Shown: piece by piece, positions 63,111-64,000 of the stretch
Layout: each line of letters starts with the position of its first letter
How positions within the stretch are numbered: the stretch's first letter is position 1
From: Malacoraja senta
Taxonomy: Eukaryota
NCBI GenBank assembly: GCA_038087875.1
Contig: CM075979.1
Span: 85,436,001 to 85,500,000, forward strand
Direction: 5' to 3'
DNA length: 64,000 nt
Notes under the pieces: model-generated
The model's database searches: none
What the model was told of the DNA's origin: nothing
The model's input: the letters and a program-made list of their open reading frames with translations, nothing else
Position numbers and translations under genes: made by a program

Positions 63111-63744
63111 AAACAATGCTTCACTTATTTTCTGTCAGTCTAAATGTTCACTATTGTCACTTAATTTACACTAATAGTAATTGAACGCTTTTCTGAACAA
63201 GACTACAAACTTGTATGGTGTACAGTGTCTGTCAATTGTGTTAAAGCACTCCTGATAATACAACATTAAAAAACTTGCAAACAACTACCAGAAATAGCAG
63301 AACATGCATATTATAACGATAACTTAAGCCATTAGAACATTTTTTACCCTCATGTATATTTTGTGAAATTATAATTTTAGCCATATCTGAACCCACCTGC
63401 ACTATTATCCACTTCATCTGAGAGTTTAATGGTGTAGTGCAAACCCAATGTTCAGCCTAATTATGTCAGTTTCCTGCCACACGGTTTAGTTTAACATGAC
63501 TTCCTTTATATTTTTCAATCAGATCATATTCCAGCAAAAGTGGCAACATTTGAAGTTAGAGTTCCTGTGAATTACTGATAACTGTCAAGTCAATTTTGGT
63601 AACCAGGCCCTTATTTGGCTCCGAGTGCCAGGGTGAGATAATATGTCCCCATGCAAACCACCTCCTCAATGATGCAGCTTGCAGCTCTAAAGATCTGAGA
63701 GTAAGTTAGACACAGAAGCTTCCAAATACTTTGATCCCCGATCT

Positions 63745-63911
63745 TCAGAAGGAGTTAGATAGAGCTCTAGGAGTTAGCGGAATCAAGGGATATGGGGAGA
63801 AGGCAGGCACGGGTTACTGATTGTGGATGATAAGCCATGATCACAGTGAATGGCGGTGCAGGCTCGAAGGGCCGAATGGCCTCCTCCTGCACCTATTTTC
63901 TATGTTTCTAT
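63745..63911 (+). mobile_element. CR1-clade (HER1-like) LINE 3' tail
   Basis: GAGTTAGATAGAGCTCTAG...GAAGGGCCGAATGGCCTCCTCCTGCACCTATTTTCTATGTTTCTAT. Confidence 0.9.
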
Positions 63912-64000
63912 AACATTTTACTTTCCCAAAGTGCCTCACCTTTATCCCCTCCAAATGAAAACTGACAGACATAAATTGTTGTCTTAGATATTGCTGCTAG

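Overview
AT-rich vertebrate genomic DNA. The repeat content (CR1/HER1-type LINE tails, Penelope-derived short elements, Rex/Babar, Tx1) suggests a cartilaginous fish, probably a skate or ray; this is an inference. There is no complete protein-coding gene, and nearly all listed ORFs are chance ORFs or transposon debris. The window appears to hold the promoter and 5' non-coding exons of an unidentified minus-strand gene (promoter-like region ~18.1-22.4 kb, internal exon 14779-15059). This lies in a ~13 kb stretch with no recognisable transposons, with ~40 kb of repeat-rich DNA upstream. Highlights: (1) a 190-bp TSD-flanked Vingi/Ingi-like short retroposon whose first 67 nt fold into a complete HDV-like self-cleaving ribozyme (1978-2044); (2) many very short Penelope-derived inserts, several with TSDs or as fold-back pairs, one with an intact minimal hammerhead core (59001-59034); (3) two apparent gene-fragment captures: an isolated TDP2-like exon 1 (4488-4757) and an inverted pair of linker-histone H1-like fragments inside a Tigger/pogo-type element (57050-57604); (4) a decayed PIF/Harbinger transposase and several nested insertions with readable TSDs. 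There are three assembly gaps. Family assignments come from recalled consensus motifs, not database searches.
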